NCBI GenBank assembly: GCA_000165425.1
Contig: CT867985.1
Coordinates: 620,001-684,000 of the forward strand
DNA length: 64,000 nucleotides
Origin: Paramecium tetraurelia
Taxonomy: Eukaryota
Direction: 5' to 3'
Positions 1 through 12,082 of the stretch are shown here, in pieces (position 1 is the first letter of the stretch; every line of letters starts with the position of its first letter). Position numbers and translations under genes: made by a program. Under the pieces are notes generated by a model. It had not been told where the DNA came from, did not search any database, and was given only the letters and a program-made list of their open reading frames with translations.

Positions 1-513
1 TAAGAAGAAGATGCGAGTGGAAAGAAAAGAAAATATAATAAACCTCCACCTAGAACATTTTGGTCATTCAATAAAGAGATCTACAAACAAGCAAATATCA
101 ATGATGATCAGAACTTGAATGACATCTTAAATACTTTCAAAAAACCTCAGGTCCCTGCTCCTTCACCAAATTTGCTATAGCCTATTGTTCCTTAAGAATA
201 ATAAGTATAGACGTCGACTTTGGGACACAAAAAGGATATGAAAGATATTGATCATCTCTTAAATTAGGAAAGAGAGCAGAAGGATAAATTAATAAAGGAA
301 ATGTAGGAGAGGGATAAACAATTATAAGAATAATACTTCCAATAATAATACGAGAAACAATTGTAAAAGGAATAGGAATCGAAGAAGGGCAAGAAGGCTC
401 AGAAAGAGAGTGAAAAGAAGAAATAATTAGAGGAACAACTTAAGAATGTCAGTCCTCTTGAGAAATTCATGGAACAAATAAATAAAAGAGCTAAGGTTGA
501 GGATGTTGAATGA
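1..513 (+). CDS. 3' end of a hypothetical protein with a Gln/Glu/Lys-rich coiled-coil tail (5' truncated by the window edge)
   Basis: Frame 1 is open under the ciliate code (QEEDASGKKRKYNKPPPRTFWSFNKEIY...KRAKVEDVE) to TGA 511-513, followed by an AT-rich gap. Confidence 0.75.
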
Positions 514-602
514 TGGAATAAATTTATTGGCAAATCATTATATATATATAGAATTAGTATTAGTATTATTTAAGAAATACTGAATTTTTGCATATAATAT
601 TA

Positions 603-3600
603 TCATCTATTGTAGAATAGACCTCCATAATTTCTAGAATATCCATTAGTAGTGCTTTTACTATGATAATCATTCAAAACATAATTGCTTTTTTTAAATC
701 CCTATTAAACTGCTACTGTAGGATCATATTATTTCAATAAGCCTAAATCCTTCAATTTATAGACATTTTATTCAAGTAATTTATTGTTGATTATCAAGCT
801 TGCATCTTCTAGGATTGAATCCAAAATATCTCCTTATTTCCTGCCTAAATAACTTCTGCTAGATTGATTCTCAACAAGTAAGGTGTCTTTCAGCTTCTAG
901 ATTGCAGGATTTGAGTTGGCCATAGAACAGGATCTCCGATTATTGAGTTATAAATAAGGCAGTTTCTCTTAGGAAGATTGCATTAAATTAATTATTCAAA
1001 ATCATTTCACCTAAACCGGTTTAAAATACAACGCAGTTGCCCTTTTCTTTTTCCTATGATGACTGACATCTTTCTGGGGACTTACAAGCTGGCTACCTCT
1101 AAGAATGGTTTAGCGATATTTTCTTATATTTTCAATTATAATTACTTAATGAATTCATATGGAAAAGTAAGAAAGAGACTGAGTTACTTCCATTATTCAA
1201 AGAATTTCAAGTTTATTTTTGTACTTTTAAACAGCCAAGCAGAATTAAAATCAGGATGATAATTTTTGTAATTCTTAATACAATCTATTTCTAAATTAAT
1301 TCTCTAGTTCAGTTTTAATTTTAAGTCTTCTAACAATATTTTATCACTTTCTCTTAAACATTCTTCATCAAATTCTCTTGGATTATGTAATTCTAATATT
1401 TAGACAGTCTAGTTTGTAGGGTGTAATTTTTATCGTATTTACTTAATATTTAAGGCTTGTTTGTTGGGAAATTATCTCCTTGTGATATTTTACATTTTTT
1501 AAAAGTAGTTTGAATGAGAAGCTTTCCAAGATTCTTTTAATTCAAATTCAGAAGAATCTGATGATTCTATTGTTGGGATAGTTAATTAAATCTTATCTGC
1601 ATTATCATTTTATTTAAGTTCCTTAAAAATAGCTCGTCTTTTCCTTTCAAATATCCTTTTATAGGGCCTTCTAGTTTGTAATTAAGGGTACTGATGTTTT
1701 TTGATGACTGAATCTGTGTCTGGATTAAATGTCAGCAAAGGACACTGCTGAATAGTATGTTAAAGGCTTTTGCATGAATAACAATCCATACCAAAATATG
1801 ATTTGTCAAAGATGAGTTGTTCTTTCAATTAGCAATATTATTCATGATCTTCAGGATATTGTTAAAGGACTTTCATGAAGTCTTTTTTTGTGATGAAGAC
1901 CAATTTGCTAAAAGCAACAGAAGTGTATCTTAAAGATGGGATATCATCAAACATAAATTCTCTTAATCCAAAATTATCTCCAGTTTAGAGGGTTGCTAAT
2001 CGAAGTCTATTATTTCTTAAATATGTTCCAATAGATCCCCTTTCTATGAAAAATAAACATGGCTAATCAAATGGCACAGTCTTGCATGGCGTAAGAGTTA
2101 TTGATTGAACATGTTTTAAGCATTCAGCTTTGAATTCATGGGAAAAATAGTTGTTAAATAGCTTACACCCTTTGACTATGATAGAGTTAGCCTCGAAGAT
2201 GAGATTCTCCTAAAGGTCTTGAGATAATTAACCTATTATATCCTTAACTTCTAAGTTCTCCTCTAGTTTCTGTTCTTTCCAATAGAATGTTAAATATTCT
2301 CTAATTTCATATTTGAGTTGATTGGATATGTTCACACTCTTCATATAAGTATTGATAGCTCTCATTTTGCGAATGTGATCTTCACTTTTCTCATTCAATT
2401 TTGAATACACATTCCAGATCGCTGAAACCGTATATGACAATTATAAAGTTGAACAAACCATAAATCCTATGGTCACTAATCTCTCATAGATATCTAATAT
2501 GATTTTTGAAGTAATTACTTCTTGGAACAACGTCTCCATATCCTACAGTAAACATTGTAACCGACGAGAAGTAAAATGCCGTTATATATTAATCAGTGTA
2601 AGGAGCATCAGATAACCCATTAGCTTTTATCCAGGAATCTTCAGCAATATCTTAAATGCCAACGAAGTACCAAATACAACTAAATAGATGTTCCAGTAAG
2701 AATAAAAACATCACTAGTTTAATCTATGATAAATCTATAGTTTACTAGGTCTATTAACAATGAAGTAGTTTCTGAATAATCTTAGCTGTTTTATAGTCTC
2801 TAAAAGACTCGAATGATATTTTATAATTAGATGATGATTCCTAAGATGCTAATCACACTCCTTGCATAATTGTATTCTCGAAGTGACTGGTGTTTATAAT
2901 CGATATAACTATTTTGTTCACTGAGTTCCTGAGCAAGTACTAAGACTAATGTTATAACACAAAAAATATCATAAATGAAACCGTTCCTTATGTAATTACG
3001 AGCCACTTTATAATGGTTTGATATCAAATAACCTTTCTCATAAAAGGATGTTATAAAGTTTAATAAAATATCAAAGATCAATAAAGCGATGGAAACCTGT
3101 AATGTCCATAGGAGTTGATTATATAAGAGTTTATTACTGAATGCTATTTCATAAGGAATGACAAACAGAAGATAGAATCTTATAAAAGCTAGAAAGATAT
3201 CCCAGATCAATTTGAATTCGTTGTTTGGATTTATTATTGGGATATGTTTAATCGATTTAGTTATTTTCTATGCAATTTTTGACTTCTTTATTGCTCTCCA
3301 TTTTCTGGTCAACTTTCTTTTGAATCTGGCGAATTTAGACTTATTTACTTTTCCCCAAACTTATCCAGTTTTCTAAGACACTTTTCAAAATAATCATTAT
3401 ATATCTTACTAATAATATTCTTTTCGAGAAACATCTTTTATGATGTGAAAATGAATAGGAGCCAGTTATTAGTATCGTTTCTTATTTTGTATTGCTTTGT
3501 TCTTCATTCGAAATCCATAAAACTTAGCTCTCATTGATTGGAAAGCACTATTATTATATACCAAAGTTCTCATACTTTCCAATAGTATTGACTTATCTGG

Positions 3601-3649
3601 TAATTAAAAGTTTATCCTCAATTTTCTCGGCCTCACTTTAATCTAGCAT
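603..3649 (-). CDS. 6TM potassium channel with cyclic-nucleotide-binding homology domain (KCNH/CNG-like ciliate family) and C-terminal CCHC motif
   Basis: S1 FKLIWDIFLAFIRF; pore AFYFSSVTMFTVGYGDVVP (about 2520-2580); C-linker INTYMKSVNISNQLKYEIREYL; CNBD-like CLFFIEKGS...GDNFGLREF; tiny GT-AG introns; TGA at 603-605. The start codon is less certain. Confidence 0.9.
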
Positions 3650-3714
3650 GTTCTTAAGTAGTTATAAAATATTATAATATAAAAATTGAAAGGAAGTCAA
3701 TTATATATTTTAAT

Positions 3715-6700
3715 TCATTGTAATAGCCAATCAACTCTTAATGGAGACTTTAAACACTATTAAGTACCTTTTAATGTGTATAATTCTGATCTCCCATCAC
3801 TTCCTCTCATATAAAATTCAACAATGTAATTTTCATCTGCTCTAATAGATAGAATATATAAAGATTATTAGGATTTTGGAATATTCCTTTGGTGACCACA
3901 GAGTTACAAAGATTCCCCTTTGAAATAACACTTACTATAGACAGTGATACAAACTACTTAAATGATAAAGAGTACCCCTGTATTCATATCTATTATCATA
4001 TTTATAAGCACTTCGATAAAAATCCCTTTGTCTTGGATTTGATCTTTTTATTGAAGAAGAACCATAGTAATTGTCTGCTTCACAATTATTTGGATTATAA
4101 TTTGTAGATTTAGCATCGCATGGATCTGAATAAATACTTGATATAAATAATAATTTTACTATAATTTGCTAATAACTTCCCTTAAGAATTTCCCTAACTC
4201 TTAATCGTTTGGATTTTTTGGTATTGTGACACTCTACCCAGTCAATAGAGGTCCTCTTCTACTATTATGTCTATCATAATGATCATCTCTCCCGTAATAA
4301 TCGTCTCTCTCATAATAATTATTATCTCTCCCATAATAATCATCTCCTCTACCATAATGATCACCCCCCCTTCTTCCGTAATAATTATCTCTTCTACCAT
4401 AATATTCTTCTCTTCTACCATAATCTCTATTATAATGCTCTCTATTTGAATATCTATTTCCCATAACATAATATTAGTCATTTTTCGAAGATCCTTTTTC
4501 TTTTTGATGAAATGTTTTTTGATATTATTCTCCTTAATCCATTTACAGCTCTTATTCTTCCACTTATTCACTCCCTTAAGTCTATGTTTCTTAAACTTTA
4601 TTTTATTATGAGTTTTAAGTTTTTTTAACCTGCGAACTTACTTTTTCCATCTTACTTCCTAGTTGTTTTATCAATTAAGATTTTAAATCTTTTTATTTAG
4701 AGCTTGGATTTTGTTAGTTTAGTTTTGATTTTTCATTTTAATCAAGCTGTTCTCTTTTACTTTAATAAATTTATTTATTTTCAAAATTATTTATCTATTG
4801 TGATATTTCTTATTATTGTTATTTATAATTTTAATTATCAAAGTTGCCTTTTTATGATGGATCTTAGGTTGTTAAATTCTCGTTTTCTCTTATATTTTCA
4901 TTTTTTTAAGTTTCTAGATGGTTCTCATCAGGTATTAAAGAAGCCTCGCTAACTAATCCTAGTTCTTCTGAATTCGTATTAAGACTGGTTGAACAACTTT
5001 CATCATCATTTGTTGAATATTCTAAATCGCTTTATTCAAATTAATCTTAATCAGCAGTTTAAATTAACTCTGCTGGCTATTTTTTTAGTTTATGTATTTC
5101 CTTATACTAGATGGGTGTTACATCATAGTATCTTTGTTTGGCTTCACAATGATTTTCAACTAAATGCTTAAGTAAATAAGTGTGTACCCTAATCAATTAT
5201 AAATAACTTTTAGATGTGATCAATGAATTCCCTGAACAATTACAAGCATTATATGTCTGTTAACTCATTTTAAGATGTAAATACCAAAACATAAGTCTTT
5301 CCAGTAATATTTCGAATTGAATGAAAATCTAATGTATATCGAATAGAATTACAAATATTATCATTAATACTATAAAATACTTCTAAATTTTCATTCTGTT
5401 CATTAATAATCAAAGAATTTATGCTTTAATGTTTATAGGTGACTCTAAGATATGACCCAATATATCCACCATGATTCATCTCTCTATTGTTAATCTCAGA
5501 AGAAAATAACACATTAAATTCATTCGAGATTTATGTATGATTTTCATACATCTCAACAAATGGAGTTTGTTAATATTCTCCATTAGATTTAAACTTAACT
5601 AATTAATCTGATTGCAATTCAAATTATAGCTGTTTAAACAGGTTTAAAGAAACATCTGCACATTATCCTTGGGTATTTTCACAAACATTGTTTCTTTAGT
5701 GAATTATGAAAATACAATCTTAAAATACATGCTCAATCAAATCCATTGAAGGGAATTTAGTAAATTATGAAGTAACAAATGAAAAGACAAAGACTTTTGA
5801 ATCAGTCATACCAACAGTTATATAAGCTAGATTTTCATCTTCTTTGTAATGTATAAGAGTTTCTTCATCACTCTCAAAAATTACAATGTGAATAAATCCT
5901 CTATTTTCTTGTTATAGAGTGATAACTAGTCCACTTAATGGATACTATATTGTTTATTAATGAATTTCCATATTTTTAAGAGGAATTCTCAATTCTAGAA
6001 TTTCTTAATTCAAATTTTATGCAACAAAAACTTAAAGTCCCGGATAGTTTTTAGTAAAATATTTATTCTCCAAGGACCCATTGATTATTTCATTTCCCAA
6101 ATGGTAGTGTATAGGTGGATGATATAGATCAGGTGTATGAAAGGTTAAGCGTTCAAAGTTTTAATCTAAATTACATTTGATTTACTCTAATGAGATTAAA
6201 GCGACCTTTTGTTAACAATATTCTTAACCTTCAGATTCTTCGATTAAATGTATAAATCTTTTTAAAATCAGCAACGCATCCCCTTTGCCACCCCAAGATA
6301 CAATATAAATAAAACCCATTTTCTCAAATTTATCTACAGCATCCGTTTTGCCATAAGAAAAATCTCGAACCAAATTTTCTGTGGAGATTAGCAAATGCCC
6401 TCCATCTACTCCCTTATCAACAAAATATCCATTATAACCATTATATTTATGAATTGATGCATTGGTTCTATTTTGATTGACTTTGAACTCCTAAATCGAT
6501 ATCCATTATATTTCACTAGCATCACCTGCAAAAATATAGGCATCTGAAAATCCGACCAAAAAATATGAATTATTATTCAAACTTGGTGAGGATTTATAAC
6601 TTTACTGGATATCTAACCCAAAATGAGGTGATTGGCTTGTTAGTATGTAAGGCATCGTACTCAGTAATTAAATAAACTTATTACTTTTCATTTTGTTAGT

Positions 6701-6803
6701 CAATCAGAAAAAATGTTGACTCGTCATAAAATAGGCGTAGTCCACACAAAAAGTTCTCTGCTTTTAACGAGTATAAAGCTTAGATTAAAAAAATTATAAA
6801 CAT
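3715..6803 (-). CDS. Large (about 1000 aa) secreted protein with acidic and Y/G/R/D-rich repeat regions and a C-terminal beta/gamma-crystallin-like domain
   Basis: Signal-peptide-like MFIIFLIQALYSLKA. Frame is restored by introns 6636-6660 and 5160-5187, with two more likely near 4140-4160 and 3955-3976. C-terminus CITVYSKCYFKGESLQLC...ILSIR...QCLKSPLRVDWLLQ ends at TGA. Confidence 0.7.
4262..4440 (-). repeat. Coding tandem repeat, about 21-nt units, encoding (R/G)-D-x-Y-Y-G-R-like heptapeptides
   Basis: Translation RDYGRREEYYGRRDNYYGRRGGDHYGRGDDYYGRDNNYYERDDYYGRDDHYDRH; recurring ccataataat/ctctc units on the + strand. Confidence 0.85.
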
Positions 6804-7022
6804 AAATATTATATGAAAATTAAAATAAAACTTAGGATTTACTTTTATCAAATATCATTTGTGTAAAAAATCATCAAAATGTTTCTATTTTAAACTAATA
6901 CTCTTTTTTTTTTTTAACTTTAATTAAACCAGTTATTTATTATCTGAATTAATTTTAAATATACAGTTTTCGATATACTTTACATTCTCATCCACTTAAA
7001 TGCTGGCTTTTAAATATACAAT

Positions 7023-7404
7023 TCACATAGATTACAAATTCTAAAGATCGAACTGACGCATCAACATTTAATCTAATGAATTAATAATGTTTAAATATTT
7101 ACTGAATTAAACCATAAAAATAACATATACAAAGTAACAATCAAGAGATATTCATTGCAAATGATATGGCAGTCTCCTATTTTCTTCTTTGAATGAACTT
7201 ATTTCGCTACATTCCAAAATCAGAATTATTATTTTGCTTGTATGACTGGCTAGAATAATAGTTATATTCCTTTGCTTTTGGATCAGTGCAAAATCTGATA
7301 TTCTAAGCTCTAAGGTAATCAATTATAGTTTTTATTTTAGGATTTGGCTTGTGGTAGAGATCCAATTCGAGTGAATCAAGACTTGAATTTAATTCTTCTG
7401 ACAT
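7023..7404 (-). CDS. Small hypothetical protein (about 117 aa)
   Basis: MSEELNSSLDSLELDLYHKPNPKIKTIIDYLRAQNIRFCTDP... is open under the ciliate code; a 29-nt intron (gtatatg..ttcag) gives a clean end at TGA 7023-7025. Confidence 0.6.
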
Positions 7405-9064
7405 TTACTAATTTATTTATATGGGAATTATTTCTGTAATATTAAATTAAAAACTTAGGATATGTCAGATTTTATCACTCTTATTTTGGTTCATCTAATA
7501 TATTCAATCATACACTATATCATAAGCATGCATCTTCTTAAAATGATTATTTCAAAAAAGAAATCAATGAAATTTAACTAAAACAAAAATATTTTATTTA
7601 ACCAGTTTCATGGATAATTCAAGATGATTTACAATATATTTAGAAAATAAGGAATATATATCAAGAGTTTACTATTTTCATGAATACTAACCTTAAATTT
7701 AATCGCAGTTTGAGTTCTACAAATATCATCATTATCTACCTCAATTACTATAAACAAGGTAATTATTTAAAATTTGAATTTGTGTTACAATAAAATGAGA
7801 AAAATGGAAGTCTTGTAAAATAGATGATTAATAGAAAATGAAGATTAATAGAATTCATATCAACTAAAAAGAAATAGTTGGAAATAAATCAATCATAAAG
7901 TAATCAAAAATGAGATTCTACCATTAATAACAATGTGAAACAATAATTTTTAATTTGGAATTATAATGCTAGAAATGCAAATTAAATTATATAACCCAAT
8001 AAGTTAAATTACTATCTTGTGTGAAGACTAAAAAGTGAAATTAAATAAAATCTTACATTTGTGAATTAGGGAATGTAATAGAATTCTTTATAAAATAATA
8101 GTCTATTCTTAAATAGCATCTTAATTATATTAATAAATAACCTTTTTTATAGTAAATGATTCTATGCTACTTCAAACAAATCTAAAATAATATGATTTCC
8201 AATTCCTTTACCAACAAGATGTCCTACTTGTTTTCTCAGTAAAAAATTTAAAACATATTAATATGAGTAAATCTTGATTCTAATTTTAATCAAATACTTG
8301 TCTTTAAAGATTAAAACAAATAAAAAATCAAACAAGAAAAGTTGAAATAAATGGAAAACAAGTAGGCTATTATAAAATCTATTTCATTAGTGGAAAACAA
8401 AGAACTACAAAAGATATTAATTCACTATAATATATTCTAATCTCAATGAAATCCTTCTTAAAGTTCTTTAACTCATTCGCTTTTAAATATCTAAATAACC
8501 TGATACATAGTTACTTAAGATTTTAATTCAAATCCAAAAAATTTAAAGAGTTTAACTTCAAGATATTTGTAAAATGAATAAAACAATAATTCTTAGATTT
8601 AAAATAATAAATATAAAACATTAGGCTTAAAAACAATCATTTTTGAGAAAGTGAATACTCTGAAAACTAAACAAAATTTAGGGTTCATTCTAAGCTTAAT
8701 CTTAATTAATCAGTAATTTTAAGACTTCTTACAATAATACTCTAATAAAAATTAGACTTAATCTAAATAATAATACAAATTTAGAATTTTTAACTTTTAA
8801 ATCCAAAATCAATCATATAATACATTAATAAAACAACTATTTAAATGAACTATATAAAGAATTCAATCAAGTAGTGAAAATGTTAAATTAGTAAAAAAAT
8901 ACATTTTGGATAATAACAAATATCTTAATATTTAAAAAATAGAAGTCATTAATCTGATTGTGATGTTAAGGTATAGAATGGATAAGCTATAACTTTATCA
9001 GAAATACTTCATTGATTATTTTTATGGAAATAATATAAGAAATATTAAATATATATAAATAATA

Positions 9065-9956
9065 ATGATTTAATATGGTGATACCATGATTTTATTTGAG
9101 GATGGAAAACCTAAATAATTCCTTACAGTTACATAAGGTTAAACATATCAAAATAAATACGGAGCATACCATCATTATACTTTTCTTGTTAAGCCTGGGG
9201 AAGAAATACTTTCAAAGAATGGAACAGGGCCCATTTATTTAATGACTCCAAATCCTCATTTAATAACAGAAACAGTTCCTCACAAAACTTAAATTCTCTT
9301 TATGGCTGATATATCAATGATTATACTTAAGTTGTGTTTAAAACCAGGTTAGCGTGTAATTGAAAGTGGAACAGGTAGTGGATCATTGTCTTGTTCATTA
9401 GCAGCAGCTGTTGGTCATAAGGGCAGATTATTTACATATGAATTCAATAAGGAAAGAGCAAATAATGGTAAAGAATTGTTTGCAAAATTGAAAATCAATT
9501 AGGCCACTTGTTTTTGGAGAGATGTTTATGCTAATGGCTTTTTGAAAGGAGAGGATACTGAAAACTAAGGAGAATTTCCATAAGAAAGCAGCATAGATGC
9601 TATATTTTTGGACTTGCCTTAGCCATGGTTAGCTTTGGATCACTCTAAGAAAATGATTAAGAAAGGTGGAAGGATTTGTTGTTTCTCTCCCTGCATTGAA
9701 TAGGTGCAAAAAACAGCCTTGGAATTAAAGCAATAAGGATGGAAAAACTTGGAGACATTAGAATGTTTAAAGAGGTAAAGAGAATTAGTATTTAAATCAT
9801 AGACATTTTGAAAGAAGAGTTAAACAGGAACAATCACTATTTGATGATGTTTAAAAGAAAGTATGCACAGATTAAAATAAGAGAGTTACTTATTCTGCAG
9901 GAATAAATTAAGCTTATGGACACACTGGATATTTAACATTTGCATAATATATATGA
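9065..9956 (+). CDS. TRM61: tRNA (adenine(58)-N1)-methyltransferase catalytic subunit (Trm61/Gcd14)
   Basis: Motifs [68 protein letters not shown]; intron 9775-9802. Confidence 0.95.
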
Positions 9957-10007
9957 TTTTTAGATGGTGTAATATAAATGTAAAATTAAAATATAATAAT
10001 AATATAC

Positions 10008-11865
10008 ATGAAAGCACTCTTTGGAATCGAGCCACATGTTATTAATTGATTTTTAGACCTTATTTAATTCTTGGGTTACCTATTCGTATTTACAACATTT
10101 AATAAAAAATGTTGAAATCTAAATGAGAATCTCTAATTGAAGATATTATAAATTAAAAAATTTATACTTATAGAATAATAGTCATCCATCAAATTGCAAC
10201 CAGCTCTATAGTTATTTTAACTTTATTCCTTACGATCAGACTGAAATGATTGCTTTTGAAAATTTAATAATAAATTTTATAATGATATCCAACGATAACA
10301 AAGGATAAATTTTATGGGATATTGGAGGTCATTTATTGAATTCTTTTTCCAAACAAGGTTCATCTGAGTATTCAATTAATCGAAAGGATATAGAAAACTA
10401 TATTGAAATCAAAAAAGTAGTAGAAGGTTAAAGCTATAAATATTATGGTTATTAATCGAGCACTTTACAGACATTTACAAATTTTAGGTAGACTAATTTA
10501 AATAAGACAGAAATGAAAAACTGTGAATGCAATAATGAAGATTTTACAAAAATGTCAGTTAAATAAATGCATAAATCGAAAGAAAATCTGGAATAGAATC
10601 AATATTAGACTACACAGAATTTTAGAAGTAGATCAACGAGTACTTAATTAATTTCTTAAAATTATTAGAAATCTCAAAATATTAACATTTAAACAATCAA
10701 AAATTATGAAGATGAGAAAATAAAAAACATAGCAGAAGGTCTTAAATCTAAAATATAAAGTAATTTAAATAACAAATTAAAACATTATTTTATTAAGAAT
10801 TCAAAATAGATAACAAGCAAAATTTTGCCCAATTAGGATTTACAAATGAATGATTAGAAATAGCTTTACTTTCATAACAGTAGTTTATCTTTAAAGGAAT
10901 ATTTTCAATAAAAAAGCATTGAATTTAAACAAAAATTTTTGGAAGAATAATCTTAAATAATTGAGGAAAAATTATAAACTCTATCCAATAAAGCTAAAAC
11001 AATCGAAACTACAAAAAAATCATTAAGTCGTTCATATGATATACCTATGCATACACCTAAAAAATAATTATATAAAATGAATAGAGAAAGCGAATCAAAG
11101 TTAGGAATTAAAAATGATTCATATTAGACTAAACTATTAAACTCTTTAAATTTAATTCCAAAAAGAATCGATTCAAATAATGATAATCATTATGAAAATT
11201 AAACTAAAATTTAGACTGAAAATAATTTAGAGAATAATTTCGATTATTCATAAACTAAAAAATTTGTTGAATACAATTTTAATGAAATGAAAAATCAAAA
11301 TTAATCTAACAACCATATGAGTATAAGTTTTCCTAAATGTCCATCTTCTCAGTCCTAAAATAAATTGATGCCTCATGATGAAAAGAATTCCCCTATTGAA
11401 TTCTCAAGCAAGGTAAATCGTTATATGAATTTGCTCTAATCTTTTAAAAGTTTTAATTTAAATTAGACTCAATTGAACAAAGACATTGAAGTTTTTGATT
11501 CCATTTAAGTTAATGATTTAAATCATATAAGCGAATTTTCTATTTTTAAGGATGAGAAATAAAAGGATTCCCAAAATTTTGGAGTTTATTCTGAAATAGA
11601 TTGTAAAAGAAGTTTTTCAAATGTTCAAACCAATAAAAAATTATTTTTTGAATCAGCTTAAGTTTATTAATAAAATAACAAAACAGATTTAAAATAAGAC
11701 CATTTTATTAATGGGATAAATAAAGTTCATATAGAACAAACTTAAAGTTAAAATGATGATTATGCATCTTCAAACATTCCAAAAAACATGTTGCAAAAAT
11801 AAGGTACTAATTGGTAACTAATTAAAATAGGATCCTTCAAGTACAATTAATAACTTAATTATTGA
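10008..11865 (+). CDS. Hypothetical N/Q/S-rich protein (5' exon structure uncertain)
   Basis: Frame is open for about 1.7 kb from 10141 to TGA 11863-11865 under the ciliate code. The 5' end has an in-frame TGA at 10138-10140 and needs introns or a later start. Confidence 0.55.
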
Positions 11866-12082
11866 TTAATATTAGAGTGTGTTTGACTTTATTAATTTAA
11901 TTAGTTATAAACTTTATCTATGTCTATTTTCATGATTTTAGCATAAAGTAGAGCGAAATCTTTTACAAATTAAGTTAGGAATTAATTCTTATATATTTTT
12001 TATATTTATCAAGTCAGTATAATTCTCTAAATTCATTTATAATTTCTTAACTTTGCAAAAATATATATAGTAAGATATTAAA

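Noticed and set aside
4262..4440. Possible CRISPR-like array
   Set aside because: The units are degenerate, have no unique spacers and are in-frame coding repeats in a eukaryotic gene.
7160..7400. Box C/D snoRNA or a + strand spliced gene
   Set aside because: No proper box C, and + frames hit TGA. The minus strand carries a clean ORF (7023-7404).
10138..10140. In-frame TGA as selenocysteine or readthrough
   Set aside because: No redox motif or recognisable SECIS. A 32-nt GT..AG (10111-10142) or a later start explains it more simply.
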